From a virus, in the IMG/VR virus record IMGVR_UViG_3300045988_111022: a DNA stretch of 64,000 nucleotides. One strand, 5' to 3'. The notes under the pieces are model-generated. The model was not told the DNA's origin. It worked only from the letters and a program-made list of their open reading frames with translations, and ran no database searches. Positions 52,434 to 61,488 of the stretch are shown one piece after another. Numbering within the stretch: the stretch's first letter is position 1; each line of letters starts with the position of its first letter. The translations under genes and the position numbers were made by a program.

Positions 52434-53468
52434 ATGGCGGATGCACGTTCGGGAGCGGAACTGGCCGACTATTCCAAGGTGGCATTTTCGGTTGGGGGCG
52501 TTCGGCAGGAAATTTCGATTGACGATTGGCGAAATGGATGGGCCGCAATCGTTGGCGGCTTGAACGGAAAACCGACAAGTCAACAGTTTAACATGGTGTT
52601 CTATATTCTGTCTGTGTTGCTAAATCAGAACATTTCGGATGTTTCGGCGGTTAAGAGTACGGCAAACGCAGCATTGCCGAAAGAAAGCTTTACGGCGGAA
52701 CAGATTGTGGCGCTGCTTTCTGAGTATGGGCGTATGTCTGGATGCAATGCAGATATGCTGGACGGAAAGCACGCGGACGCATTTGCTGCGGATAAGCACA
52801 GCCATTCGGCAAGTGACATTACAAGCGGGAATTTGCCGATTGAACGCGGCGGTACTGGCGCTGGCACCTCTGCTGATGCGTGTCGTGCTCTTGGCGCTAT
52901 GCGGAACACAGGCGGTACCTTTACGGGAACGGTCTATTTTGCAAATGGCACAGCGCACTACGTCAGCTCTGCGGGAGATGCGCATTTTAGATCGGTGACT
53001 GCGAGCGAGGACATTCATGCAAAACGAGTGTTTGAAGCGGTCTACAACGACTACGCGGAGCTGATGCCCCGCGGCGAGGACACCGAACCGGGTGATATTA
53101 TTGCGCTGGATACTAACAGCCGGCAAGAAAAATATGTCAAAGCAACCAATCTTTCGAGCCGGATTGCTGGAATCCATTCGGACGAATACGGAATGCTGAT
53201 CGGCGGAGAGCGGGTCAATGATGGGGAGGATTTCTTGAAAAAGAATCTTCCCCGTTTTATTCCTGTTTCGCTTGCCGGACGTGTCCACACAAAGGTCATT
53301 GGCCCGGTAAACACGGGAGACTGCATTGTGCTTTCCCATATTCCGGGGGTTGGCCGTGCGGCAAAACCGTGTGAATATGTTGACCCGTGCAAAGTGGTTG
53401 GTTATGCGGTTGAGGGTGACAATTTGACTGAACAGCGTCGGCTTAAAGTCAGAGTGAGAGGTGCTTAA
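52434..53468 (+). CDS. Tail fibre protein
   Basis: DKHSHSASDITSGNLPIERGGTGAGTSADACRALGA is the classic fibre motif. The C-terminal region resembles an intramolecular-chaperone/peptidase G2-type domain. Confidence 0.75.
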   Translation: MADARSGAELADYSKVAFSVGGVRQEISIDDWRNGWAAIVGGLNGKPTSQQFNMVFYILSVLLNQNISDVSAVKSTANAALPKESFTAEQIVALLSEYGRMSGCNADMLDGKHADAFAADKHSHSASDITSGNLPIERGGTGAGTSADACRALGAMRNTGGTFTGTVYFANGTAHYVSSAGDAHFRSVTASEDIHAKRVFEAVYNDYAELMPRGEDTEPGDIIALDTNSRQEKYVKATNLSSRIAGIHSDEYGMLIGGERVNDGEDFLKKNLPRFIPVSLAGRVHTKVIGPVNTGDCIVLSHIPGVGRAAKPCEYVDPCKVVGYAVEGDNLTEQRRLKVRVRGA

Positions 53469-54580
53469 TGGCTAACTGGGGGCAAAAAGTCTATCCCTCG
53501 GACTACTCCGAAATCAAAGCCTTGCTCAAGGCTGAGATAGGGAGACGCGGGAAAACGGAGGGAACAGCGCGAGGGCAGAGCGTCGGCAGCATGGCGAGCT
53601 ATAACGACTCTGCATACGACTTCTCGACACAACCGAAAGCAGGCGCGTACATCAAAAACGAGCACATCCAAAAAATTACGAAGCCTTTGGATGCAATCAA
53701 AGGAACATCGACTACGCCCGGGAATGGGGTGCAAATCACAGCGAGCAGGCTGAGTCAAGCAGCGGCGGTGTTGAGTGAGCTGAGCGCAATCCCGGAAACC
53801 GCTACATCAAGCGGGTGTGCTGGCCGCTGTTCAGGCCTATGTTCTACGGGATGCAATACGGCTTGCACGAGCTGTACAGGCTCCTGTACTGGGAGCTGCA
53901 CAGGGTCTTGCGTGGCATCGTGCGCCAATGATTGCGCTGGCGGATGCAAGGGAAGCTGCCAGGGAACGTGCATGGGGTCCTGCACGGGAACCTGCACTAG
54001 AGCGTGTGCAAATAACTGCTCCAGCACTTGCACGGGGTCCTGTACGGGGTCCTGCACGGGTTCGTGTACGGGAACGTGCACAAAGGCGTGTGCGAATGAT
54101 TGTGCCGGCACTTGCGCGGGGTCCTGTACGGGAAGCTGTACGGGAAGCTGCACTGGAAGTTGCATCGGAGGCTGTAACACAACTTGCACGAAGAATTGCG
54201 CAAATAACTGTTCTGGTTCCTGCTCCGGCGGATGTTCGGGCGGCTGCTATGGTTCGTGTGATGGGTGCTCTTCGACTTGTGAGGGCGGCTGTGGAAGCAG
54301 CTGTTCTGATAATTGCTCAAGTAAATGTATCCAGCAATGCAGTTCGACGTGTGCGAATGACTGCTCCGGCAGCTGTGTGAACCTTGGTTGTGCATTCAAC
54401 TGCGGAAGTGACTGCTCTAACCATTGCTCCGGCGGCTGTTCTGGAGGCTGTGGTTCTCAATGCAGAAGCGGCTGTGACGTCTTTTGCACGGGGTGCAGTT
54501 CAACGTGCGCAGATGACTGCTCCGGATCCTGCAGCGGTGGTTGTAGTGGCTGCTCTGGCTTCCTGTGGAGCAAATCGTGA
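53468..54580 (+). CDS. CXXX-repeat cysteine-rich protein (370 aa, 63 Cys)
   Basis: Cys-free N-terminal 116 aa, then Cys at nearly every 4th residue from aa 117 to 362 (CTGSCTGSCTGSC...). TAATG coupling to the fibre gene. Confidence 0.85.
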   Translation: MANWGQKVYPSDYSEIKALLKAEIGRRGKTEGTARGQSVGSMASYNDSAYDFSTQPKAGAYIKNEHIQKITKPLDAIKGTSTTPGNGVQITASRLSQAAAVLSELSAIPETATSSGCAGRCSGLCSTGCNTACTSCTGSCTGSCTGSCVASCANDCAGGCKGSCQGTCMGSCTGTCTRACANNCSSTCTGSCTGSCTGSCTGTCTKACANDCAGTCAGSCTGSCTGSCTGSCIGGCNTTCTKNCANNCSGSCSGGCSGGCYGSCDGCSSTCEGGCGSSCSDNCSSKCIQQCSSTCANDCSGSCVNLGCAFNCGSDCSNHCSGGCSGGCGSQCRSGCDVFCTGCSSTCADDCSGSCSGGCSGCSGFLWSKS

Positions 54581-54597
54581 TGAAAGGAGAAATCCAA

Positions 54598-55179
54598 ATG
54601 GAGACAACGCTTCATTTTGCACAGAATGCAGATGCAGGAACGGAAGAATCCTATCTCAGGAATCTTCCGCTTCTGAAGCTGCTTGCAAAAGAGAACATTG
54701 AAGCAGACGATTGGAGCGTCCTGCTTGCGGCAACGCCGAATAATGAGGACAAGTTGTTGTGGTGTCTTGGTTACACGGGTACCCTCTGTGCGCTGGACGC
54801 AACGGACTTTGATGATTGGGTGGTTTACTGCTCTACGGTGGTTCTGTCTGCGCTGGAGGCGTGCGGGGTTGAAGCGCCCGATGAACGGAAGAATCTTCTG
54901 TCCATCGGGCTGGCGGCGCGCACATTCAATTTTTCTGGCAACCCGGTGACAAAAAATCTGAAATGTGCAGAAACGATTCAAGGCGCGGCAAGCTATAACT
55001 GCACTGAGGATGCCGACATTTTTTCGATGTGGTATCTTTTGCAGGTGCTTACTGAGTATCTGCGGCTGGACTTCAACGGCAATCTCCGGGAACTGATTGA
55101 CGCCATGAAAACCATGAACAAGATTCGTGACCGTTACCGTCAGATCGCAGACCGCCTCCCGAAGATGGATGCCTGCTAA
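54598..55179 (+). CDS. Hypothetical protein within the CXXX/rSAM cluster (193 aa)
   Basis: AAGGAG RBS. ATG at 54598. Confidence 0.6.
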   Translation: METTLHFAQNADAGTEESYLRNLPLLKLLAKENIEADDWSVLLAATPNNEDKLLWCLGYTGTLCALDATDFDDWVVYCSTVVLSALEACGVEAPDERKNLLSIGLAARTFNFSGNPVTKNLKCAETIQGAASYNCTEDADIFSMWYLLQVLTEYLRLDFNGNLRELIDAMKTMNKIRDRYRQIADRLPKMDAC

Positions 55180-55189
55180 GGAGAAGAAT

Positions 55190-55492
55190 ATGAAAGCCAT
55201 TAAATTGACCACGGCGGAAAGCGAAGCGGTGGAGCGAGCTTACTATGAAGCAAGCTCTTTTGAAGCGCTGATGGCGGTTCTGTGCCGCCAGCTTAACGCG
55301 GATGCAAATCCGGAAACCGCAAAGGTGATCCGCCATTATGCAGAACTGTGCCGTGCGGCTCAAATGAAGCTGAAGATGGTACAGGAAATGGTGATCTCCC
55401 GGTATCTTGACCATCAGACGTCGGCGGGTGTGCAGTACAGGTTTGATTTTGTTCGAGAGGAGGTCGTTCTCCTTGAAGCAACGGCGAATTGA
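55190..55492 (+). CDS. Small accessory protein of the CXXX-repeat modification cluster (100 aa)
   Basis: AAGGAGAAG RBS. Sits immediately upstream of the rSAM gene. Confidence 0.6.
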   Translation: MKAIKLTTAESEAVERAYYEASSFEALMAVLCRQLNADANPETAKVIRHYAELCRAAQMKLKMVQEMVISRYLDHQTSAGVQYRFDFVREEVVLLEATAN

Positions 55493-55505
55493 GGATTATG
55501 GAAAC

Positions 55506-56816
55506 ATGGTCCAAAGGCTGTATGCGCGCGATACTGCGGCTGAGAACCGCGTCTGTTGCCGGAACATTACGTTCCAAGTGACAAGCGGGTGCAATCTCAG
55601 GTGCTCATACTGCTATGAGCACCACAAGAGCGTTGAGCGAATGAGCATCGAGACCGGGCGAAAGGTCGTAGATTACATCCTTGACCTGTACGAGAAAAAT
55701 GAGTCCGATTTCGTAAATCAGAATACGCGGGCAGTTGTGCTGGATTTTATTGGCGGAGAGCCATTGCTTGAAGCCGAACTGATTGAGCACATCTGCGACT
55801 ACTGGTTCTCAGAGTGCTACCGCCGAGAGATTCCGCTTGCGCCGTTCACGAGGATCAGCTTTGCGACGAATGGCAAGTTGTGGTTTTCTTCGGCGGCGCA
55901 GCACCTGTTCGCAAAATACCATGAGATGATGTCTGTGACTGTCAGCATTGACGGCGTTCAAGAGTTGCATGACAAGTACAGAGTGGATGAGCATGGGATT
56001 GGCAGCTTTTCGCTGGCATGGAAGGCATTTCAGGCAGGAAAAAAGGATTTTGGGTGGCTTACGTCCAAGATGACCTTTGTTCCGGGATCTTTTCAGTACA
56101 TTGCCGACAGCATCAAAATGATGCTGGATGAGGGATGCGTGGAAATCGCTTGCAACTACGCTTACGAACCTGTCTACACTCCCGAAGATGGCCGTACACT
56201 GTATGAACAGATGCAGATGGTCTCTGACTACATTATTTCCCGACGAATGGATGTCACGATTACGATGCTGGACGACCTTTTGGGCGGACAGGCTAAGGAT
56301 GACAATAATTTCTGCGGCGGTACGGGAGCGATGCTGTCGTTTGCACCGGATGGGAGTGCCTATCCCTGCATTCGGTACGCTCCGATTTCCATTGGCGAGG
56401 AAAAATCGCAGAAAGTCCGTTTCGGCAGCATCTATGATGGACTGTATGCCACGGATGCCCAGCGTCAGGCAAAAGCGGAATTGGATGCCATCACCCGTAC
56501 ATCTCAATCTCCGCAGGAGTGCTTAGAGTGCCCTGTATCAGCTGGCTGTGGCTGGTGTAGCGGCCTTAACTATGAATTATTCGGTACGGCCAATAAACGC
56601 TCCACAGCCATTTGTTGGGCGCACAAAGCGCGTGTTCTGGCAAGCTGTTACTATCACAATCGCCGTTATCTGGAAATCGGAGACCGTCTCCCAATCGAGG
56701 TGAGGCTTCCGGCCGAAGATGGGCTGAAGATTCTGCCCGCCGAGAAATGGGCGGAGCTGATGCACATTGAGACAGCGGCGCTCATGAAGTTTGCTGATGA
56801 AGTCGGGATTAGTTGA
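55506..56816 (+). CDS. Radical SAM / SPASM-domain peptide maturase
   Basis: CNLRCSYC (CX3CX2C) at nt 55590-55613. C-terminal SPASM-type CLECPVSAGCGWC plus a further Cys cluster (NFCGG...YPC). Confidence 0.88.
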   Translation: MVQRLYARDTAAENRVCCRNITFQVTSGCNLRCSYCYEHHKSVERMSIETGRKVVDYILDLYEKNESDFVNQNTRAVVLDFIGGEPLLEAELIEHICDYWFSECYRREIPLAPFTRISFATNGKLWFSSAAQHLFAKYHEMMSVTVSIDGVQELHDKYRVDEHGIGSFSLAWKAFQAGKKDFGWLTSKMTFVPGSFQYIADSIKMMLDEGCVEIACNYAYEPVYTPEDGRTLYEQMQMVSDYIISRRMDVTITMLDDLLGGQAKDDNNFCGGTGAMLSFAPDGSAYPCIRYAPISIGEEKSQKVRFGSIYDGLYATDAQRQAKAELDAITRTSQSPQECLECPVSAGCGWCSGLNYELFGTANKRSTAICWAHKARVLASCYYHNRRYLEIGDRLPIEVRLPAEDGLKILPAEKWAELMHIETAALMKFADEVGIS

Positions 56817-56830
56817 AAGGAGGGAGCGCA

Positions 56831-57736
56831 ATGGCAATCCTCATTGCCGATACCAAGTTGGAGACCGAAACCGATGCTTGGTATATGTTCTATGCTGACA
56901 CAAAGGAAGACATACAAACATTGCCGACGAGTACATCTACAGGATCTTCTTATCGGGTAAGAAAGTATGCTCGACCGACGAGCGTTGCATACTGCATAGA
57001 AGAAGCAAGGCAGTATATGCTGGATAGCAAAGATCGGTGGCGCGCAATGTGCGGTCTTTCTGATAGCGTTTTGGATGCCTTGAGTAAAAGTGCTGCAGAA
57101 CTTTTGGCTATATGCAAGGACACGGAGAACTTTCGGGATGAAGCGGTGAAAAGTGCTGAAAAGGCAGAGAAAGATAAAGAAGCATCTGCTGCCAATGCTC
57201 TCGCTGCAGATAGAAGCGCGAAAAAAGCCAGTGAGAGCGAGGGCGTTGCTTCTCAAAAAGCAGAAAATGCGAAAGAAGCAGCAGAAGCTTCAAACAAATC
57301 CGCTGAAGAAGCATCGAAAAGTGCGGCAGGTGCACTTGCAAGTGAGCAGGCTGCGTCTGAGAGCGCACGACTTTCCTCTATTAGCGAAGCCGCTTCAAAA
57401 GATGCAATGAATGAGGCTAAAGATTTTTCAAATTCAGCGTCGAAATCTGCTAGAGAGGCTCTTGAATCAAAACGTGCTGCAGAAGACGCTGCCAATAGTG
57501 CCTCCGAATCCAGCCTTGCCGCCGCAAGTTCGGAGAGAGCGGCAACAGAAAAAGCGGCAGAATCATCTGAACTGGCAATAAGGACCGAAAAAAATGCAGA
57601 GTTATCAAAAGAAAGCAGTGAAACGGCTATTAAAGCAGCTGCAGAAGCAAAGAAAGCTCTGTCAATGCTGTCATTCGCTTTTGGAATCGATGATGAGGGC
57701 CGTTTTTCGCTGTTTGCGAAAAAATCTATAACATAA
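56831..57736 (+). CDS. Ala/Ser/Glu-rich coiled-coil fibre-like protein
   Basis: Long SA..A..SA..A low-complexity helix. GAAAGGAGGGAG RBS. Confidence 0.65.
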   Translation: MAILIADTKLETETDAWYMFYADTKEDIQTLPTSTSTGSSYRVRKYARPTSVAYCIEEARQYMLDSKDRWRAMCGLSDSVLDALSKSAAELLAICKDTENFRDEAVKSAEKAEKDKEASAANALAADRSAKKASESEGVASQKAENAKEAAEASNKSAEEASKSAAGALASEQAASESARLSSISEAASKDAMNEAKDFSNSASKSAREALESKRAAEDAANSASESSLAAASSERAATEKAAESSELAIRTEKNAELSKESSETAIKAAAEAKKALSMLSFAFGIDDEGRFSLFAKKSIT

Positions 57737-57811
57737 ATGGTTATAATCTAACAAAAATGATACGAACAGATGTTTTGTTGATATAATCGGCAATGGAAAG
57801 GGGAACGAGCA

Positions 57812-59542
57812 ATGGACGGTTGGGATTTTGTTGGTCATCCGGTGACGGATGAATCGGCAAAGGAAGCAATCGAGCAATTAAAAAGGCAAAACGACATTCT
57901 GACTGGCATAGCTGCCGGTAATGCTGGTGCTGAGTTCGTTGACGCAATCTTCGATGGCCTGTTGGATGGTCAGAACACGAGTGAGGTGTTCTGGAATTGG
58001 TGGCCACTGTCTACCGGAAACGGCGCGACAAAATACCAGCGCTTGGAGCGTTTCGCCAAGATGCTGGCCAAGTATACAAAAGGCAAAACCTACACCGTGC
58101 GCTTTTACGGCGATGATGTGAGTAGCGACTATACAGGCACTCCGCTGGATGACTTGGCGGACGGCCGTGAAGCTGCGCCGCTCCTGACGGATACAAGCCC
58201 TGAGACAGCGGATTGGTCTGAGGAAGACCCGTTTACATGGTATATCCGTGCGAATGCGCTTTCTCTGGAAGATGGCACCATGAATGTGCTGGCGCTGGAG
58301 GGCGAAGCAGAGTTTGACCTTTCGGGCGAGACGGCTCCCGTCTACTGCTTTGCGCTGGCGTTGACCATGAAAGAATGGGAGGACGGCACCTATATCTATA
58401 ACAGTTGGCGTACCTTCTCCGGCGGTGGCTATGAACCTATGGCTGGTGATGTAGCCCCGGACAAGAGCCGCCGCTGGCTGACATGGCACCCTGCGTTCCA
58501 TGGCGGTAAAAATTCCAAGGGCGGCATGACCAGCGGTGCCGGACTGCCCCCGATGCCGTGGACAAGCGCCAACGATGCCATCACTCTGGCTCGTAAAATC
58601 ACGGCTTATGATGCCTTGTGGACTGACTGCGACCAGCAGTATGTTTTGGCTCAGTGGCGGCTGCGCCATTGGACGCTGAGCAACAGCGGCAAGCTGGAGG
58701 GCTGCACGTCCTACAATTACCAGTATACCCCGGCGGTGGCCGAGACCGGAGTAAAGCGTGTGCTTGCGACGAAAGCGCAGGGCGCAAACTTCCTCGTGGG
58801 TTCTGCGGTATGTATGGGCGAGCGCGGCGAAAATACCAGCACAGACCGCAATTTGTCCTATAACCATGACATTTTCAACTGGGCCAAGATTTCCAGCATT
58901 ACCAATGTGACCGTGAACGATACGGAGTATGTGGCTCTGAACCTTGAGCTGGATGCTCCCATTGACACCACAACCACAATGCTGGTCTCTACTATGCCGT
59001 GGGAGTCCGGCACGACTGAGGTGGTTCCGGGTCACAGCGATGGATGCCGTGGTAATCTGACGAATGGCAAATATCCGTACCGCGTGGCGGGCATCGAGAT
59101 GCAGATTGGCGCATACGTCGAGCAGCTGGACCCTCTGTGGAAAGCAAGCCTCGTCGATGATGACCATTGGCATTACGATGTGTTCTCCTGCAAGAGCGGT
59201 GAGAAGCAGGTCGGTTCTATTTCTTCGGACTATGCCCAGACCGGCTCCTTCGACCTGAACGACAAGGCAACTTGGTCGTGGCATTATATCCGCAAGCTGG
59301 GCAAGCTTGGCGCGGAAGCCATGATGTATGAAAAGTTCAATGGCAGTGGCTCCACCTATGTACGGGCTGCGTTCATTTCGCCCGGTTCGGCGGGCGTGTA
59401 CGCCCCTTGGCGCGGTGGCAACCTGGATGACGGTGCTAACTGCGGCCTGCCTTGTGCGAATGGCAACAATGGCCCCGGCACGGCGAACTGGAACGGTGTG
59501 CCTCGGCATGCTGATGATAAAATAGCCCTCAAAAGGGCATAA
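57812..59542 (+). CDS. Receptor-binding / tail fibre protein with a C-type-lectin-like (DGR-target-like) C-terminus
   Basis: C-terminal ...PWRGGNLDDGANCGLPCANGNNGPGTANWNGVPR resembles variable regions of DGR targets. Confidence 0.7.
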   Translation: MDGWDFVGHPVTDESAKEAIEQLKRQNDILTGIAAGNAGAEFVDAIFDGLLDGQNTSEVFWNWWPLSTGNGATKYQRLERFAKMLAKYTKGKTYTVRFYGDDVSSDYTGTPLDDLADGREAAPLLTDTSPETADWSEEDPFTWYIRANALSLEDGTMNVLALEGEAEFDLSGETAPVYCFALALTMKEWEDGTYIYNSWRTFSGGGYEPMAGDVAPDKSRRWLTWHPAFHGGKNSKGGMTSGAGLPPMPWTSANDAITLARKITAYDALWTDCDQQYVLAQWRLRHWTLSNSGKLEGCTSYNYQYTPAVAETGVKRVLATKAQGANFLVGSAVCMGERGENTSTDRNLSYNHDIFNWAKISSITNVTVNDTEYVALNLELDAPIDTTTTMLVSTMPWESGTTEVVPGHSDGCRGNLTNGKYPYRVAGIEMQIGAYVEQLDPLWKASLVDDDHWHYDVFSCKSGEKQVGSISSDYAQTGSFDLNDKATWSWHYIRKLGKLGAEAMMYEKFNGSGSTYVRAAFISPGSAGVYAPWRGGNLDDGANCGLPCANGNNGPGTANWNGVPRHADDKIALKRA

Positions 59543-59758
59543 GCGTTTCATTGCGCCTGTGGCTTGACCACTAAGATCATGTTATACCGACACCATGCAG
59601 CTGAGCGTTTCGAGAGATACGGACGCATTGGTGAGAGCGTGGCCGCAGTTTTTGGGACTGCGTGGCGGCGAGTAGTAGAAATCCGTTCTGCCTGATTTAA
59701 GGCCGGGGACGGCAACCGAAAGTCGTTGAACATCAGCAAGTTTGGAGGCTTTAAGGAT

Positions 59759-61003
59759 ATGAAAACAAAGAGGTTCTTACAGCTCACGCACGCAATGTGT
59801 GAGCAGGCTGTCCTTGAAGCGTTTGATAAAAAATGGTTCCGCCGGGATTACCTCGCCACGGTGGAGAAATATGGAGGTGTGAGCCGTGCAGAATTATCGC
59901 GCGCCGCCCGGTTAAACGACTGGAATCTGCGTTTGGAAGTAGTGAACAGCATTGCTCTCGAAATGGAACAACGCGTGGAAGACCTTGTGGAAGGCGAGAC
60001 GGACGACCTCGACCTTGAACCTGTGAGCGTATTTTATCGAATTGATGGGATCAGCATGAAACGGCGTGAGCTGTCCAACTGCTGCCCGATGCACCAAGCC
60101 TTTGGACATTTGGCGGTGATTGGACTGCGGCCGCTGCTTCGCGCAAAATTGCTTCCGTATCAATTCGCCAGCATCCCCGGAAAGGGGCAGATTGCTCTAA
60201 AACGTCAGGTTGAGCGTTGGCTTCGCAGGAAAAGCCTTGGAATTCAACACGCAGTCAAGCTGGATGTGCAGGGAGCGTATGCCCATACGAAACAGGCTGT
60301 CGTGATGGATATTCTGCGGCGTGAGATTCCGGGTGCGACATGGTTGCTGGCGGTCATCAAATGCTTGCTAGCGATGGCACCGGGCGAGGGACTGCTCATT
60401 GGCGGATACCTCGAAGCGTGGCTTTTCAACCTTGTTGCCAGCTATATGCTGGTAAAGGTGTTGAGCTATGCAAAGACTCGCCGAGGAGCGTCTACGCCGT
60501 TTGTGACCCGCAGCGGCAGCTATATGGACGACCTTGTTCTACTTGGGCGACGATGGGCCGATATACAAAGTGCGGCCCGGAAATTGACTAAGTGGGCGCT
60601 GGCTGAATTTGGGCTGACCATAAAAACCGAGTGGGTTCGGGTGGATTTTCTAAGCGCGGCTGAAGAACATCAGCGCCGACACATGACTGGAGCGGCGAAA
60701 GGGTGTCCGGGCTTGGATATGGCTGGCTATGTGATGCACCGTACCTACACCACGATACGCCCCAGAATTTTTCTGAGGGCTCGGCGGCAGTACATTCGAG
60801 CCAAGGCTGATGTTTCACGAAATGGATATGTGCCGGTCTGGCGGTCATACAAGCTGGTCAGCTATAACGGCTATTTTGACTGGACAAAATCTCGTGCAAT
60901 CAGCGAAGCCCTAAAACAGAAAAAGCTGTTCACGGCCGCAAAAGTAGCAATCCGCGTAACGGCACAAAGAAATGCAATGAAGAAAGTGAGGATAGCAGCA
61001 TGA
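59759..61003 (+). CDS. Reverse transcriptase, DGR-clade-like
   Basis: KRRELSNCCPMHQAFGH, SIPGKGQ, KLDVQGAYAH, GLLIGGYLEAWLFNL, SYMDD (YMDD at nt 60521-60532), GLTIKTEW. Confidence 0.85.
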   Translation: MKTKRFLQLTHAMCEQAVLEAFDKKWFRRDYLATVEKYGGVSRAELSRAARLNDWNLRLEVVNSIALEMEQRVEDLVEGETDDLDLEPVSVFYRIDGISMKRRELSNCCPMHQAFGHLAVIGLRPLLRAKLLPYQFASIPGKGQIALKRQVERWLRRKSLGIQHAVKLDVQGAYAHTKQAVVMDILRREIPGATWLLAVIKCLLAMAPGEGLLIGGYLEAWLFNLVASYMLVKVLSYAKTRRGASTPFVTRSGSYMDDLVLLGRRWADIQSAARKLTKWALAEFGLTIKTEWVRVDFLSAAEEHQRRHMTGAAKGCPGLDMAGYVMHRTYTTIRPRIFLRARRQYIRAKADVSRNGYVPVWRSYKLVSYNGYFDWTKSRAISEALKQKKLFTAAKVAIRVTAQRNAMKKVRIAA

Positions 61004-61332
61004 TTTTTATCGAGAACCTTGACCATAATCCGCAGGCAGTAACGCTGGAAAAACTGCCGGATGGTACGGCTTGGCTGTACCTGCGTAAGGACGCTCATGA
61101 GGTGCGAACCGAGGCTCCCGAAGGAGAGCAGGGCGGTACTTCGTGGGAATGCACCACGGCGCTTTGTAAGTTGGGCGCTGATTATACGGAGGAGACCGAA
61201 GAGAGCATCACGGCTGCAGCTGATGATTGGTGGGTCTATGCAGAAGCGTGGACGACTGCCGATGACGCTGCGCCCTCTCTGGAAGAGCGAGTGAGCGTGC
61301 TGGAAACCATGTTCATGGGAGGTGAGCTGTAA
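61000..61332 (+). CDS. XkdW-position small acidic protein
   Basis: ATGA coupled to the RT stop. ...PSLEERVSVLETMFM. Confidence 0.55.
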   Translation: MIFIENLDHNPQAVTLEKLPDGTAWLYLRKDAHEVRTEAPEGEQGGTSWECTTALCKLGADYTEETEESITAAADDWWVYAEAWTTADDAAPSLEERVSVLETMFMGGEL

Positions 61333-61472
61333 TGGGCAAGGAGCAATTTTATCGCACCATGTATCGCATGAAGAAAATCACCGCCGTTGGCGTATGGGAA
61401 AAAGTGGATGAGGGCGAACTGACGAAAGCTCAGGCACTCCGCATCTGCGGCCCGCGTCCGAAAGAGTCCTGA
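61332..61472 (+). CDS. XkdX-family small protein (46 aa)
   Basis: ...VDEGELTKAQALRICG matches the XkdX pattern. Confidence 0.55.
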   Translation: MGKEQFYRTMYRMKKITAVGVWEKVDEGELTKAQALRICGPRPKES

Positions 61473-61488
61473 CGGGAAGGTGCTTTGA

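Noticed and set aside
53755-54395. Alternative-frame ORFs (53755-54189 minus, 53817-54380 plus, 53997-54395 minus) and the possibility of a CRISPR or tandem-repeat array in this periodic DNA
   Set aside because: The 12-nt periodicity is the codon image of the CX3C repeat in frame with the ORF at 53468-54580. There are no repeat-spacer units and no leader. The other frames give Pro/Val/Gln or Arg/Ala homopolymer-like sequence without starts or RBS.
57878-59551. 557-aa ORF on the minus strand, plus similar long antisense ORFs at 34228-35925, 38068-39441, 10627-11613, 15024-16058, 61631-62755 and 26208-26987
   Set aside because: Each lies entirely antisense to a plus-strand gene with clear domain identity, RBS and operon context. 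Their translations are Arg/His/Pro-rich low-information sequence, typical of shadow ORFs in GC-rich coding DNA.
59543-59758. This intergenic segment as the DGR template repeat for the fibre C-terminus
   Set aside because: A base-by-base comparison with 59395-59545 found only short chance-level identities, with mismatches at non-adenine positions. It also lacks AAC-rich content. It is kept only as an unexplained candidate ncRNA in the RT finding.
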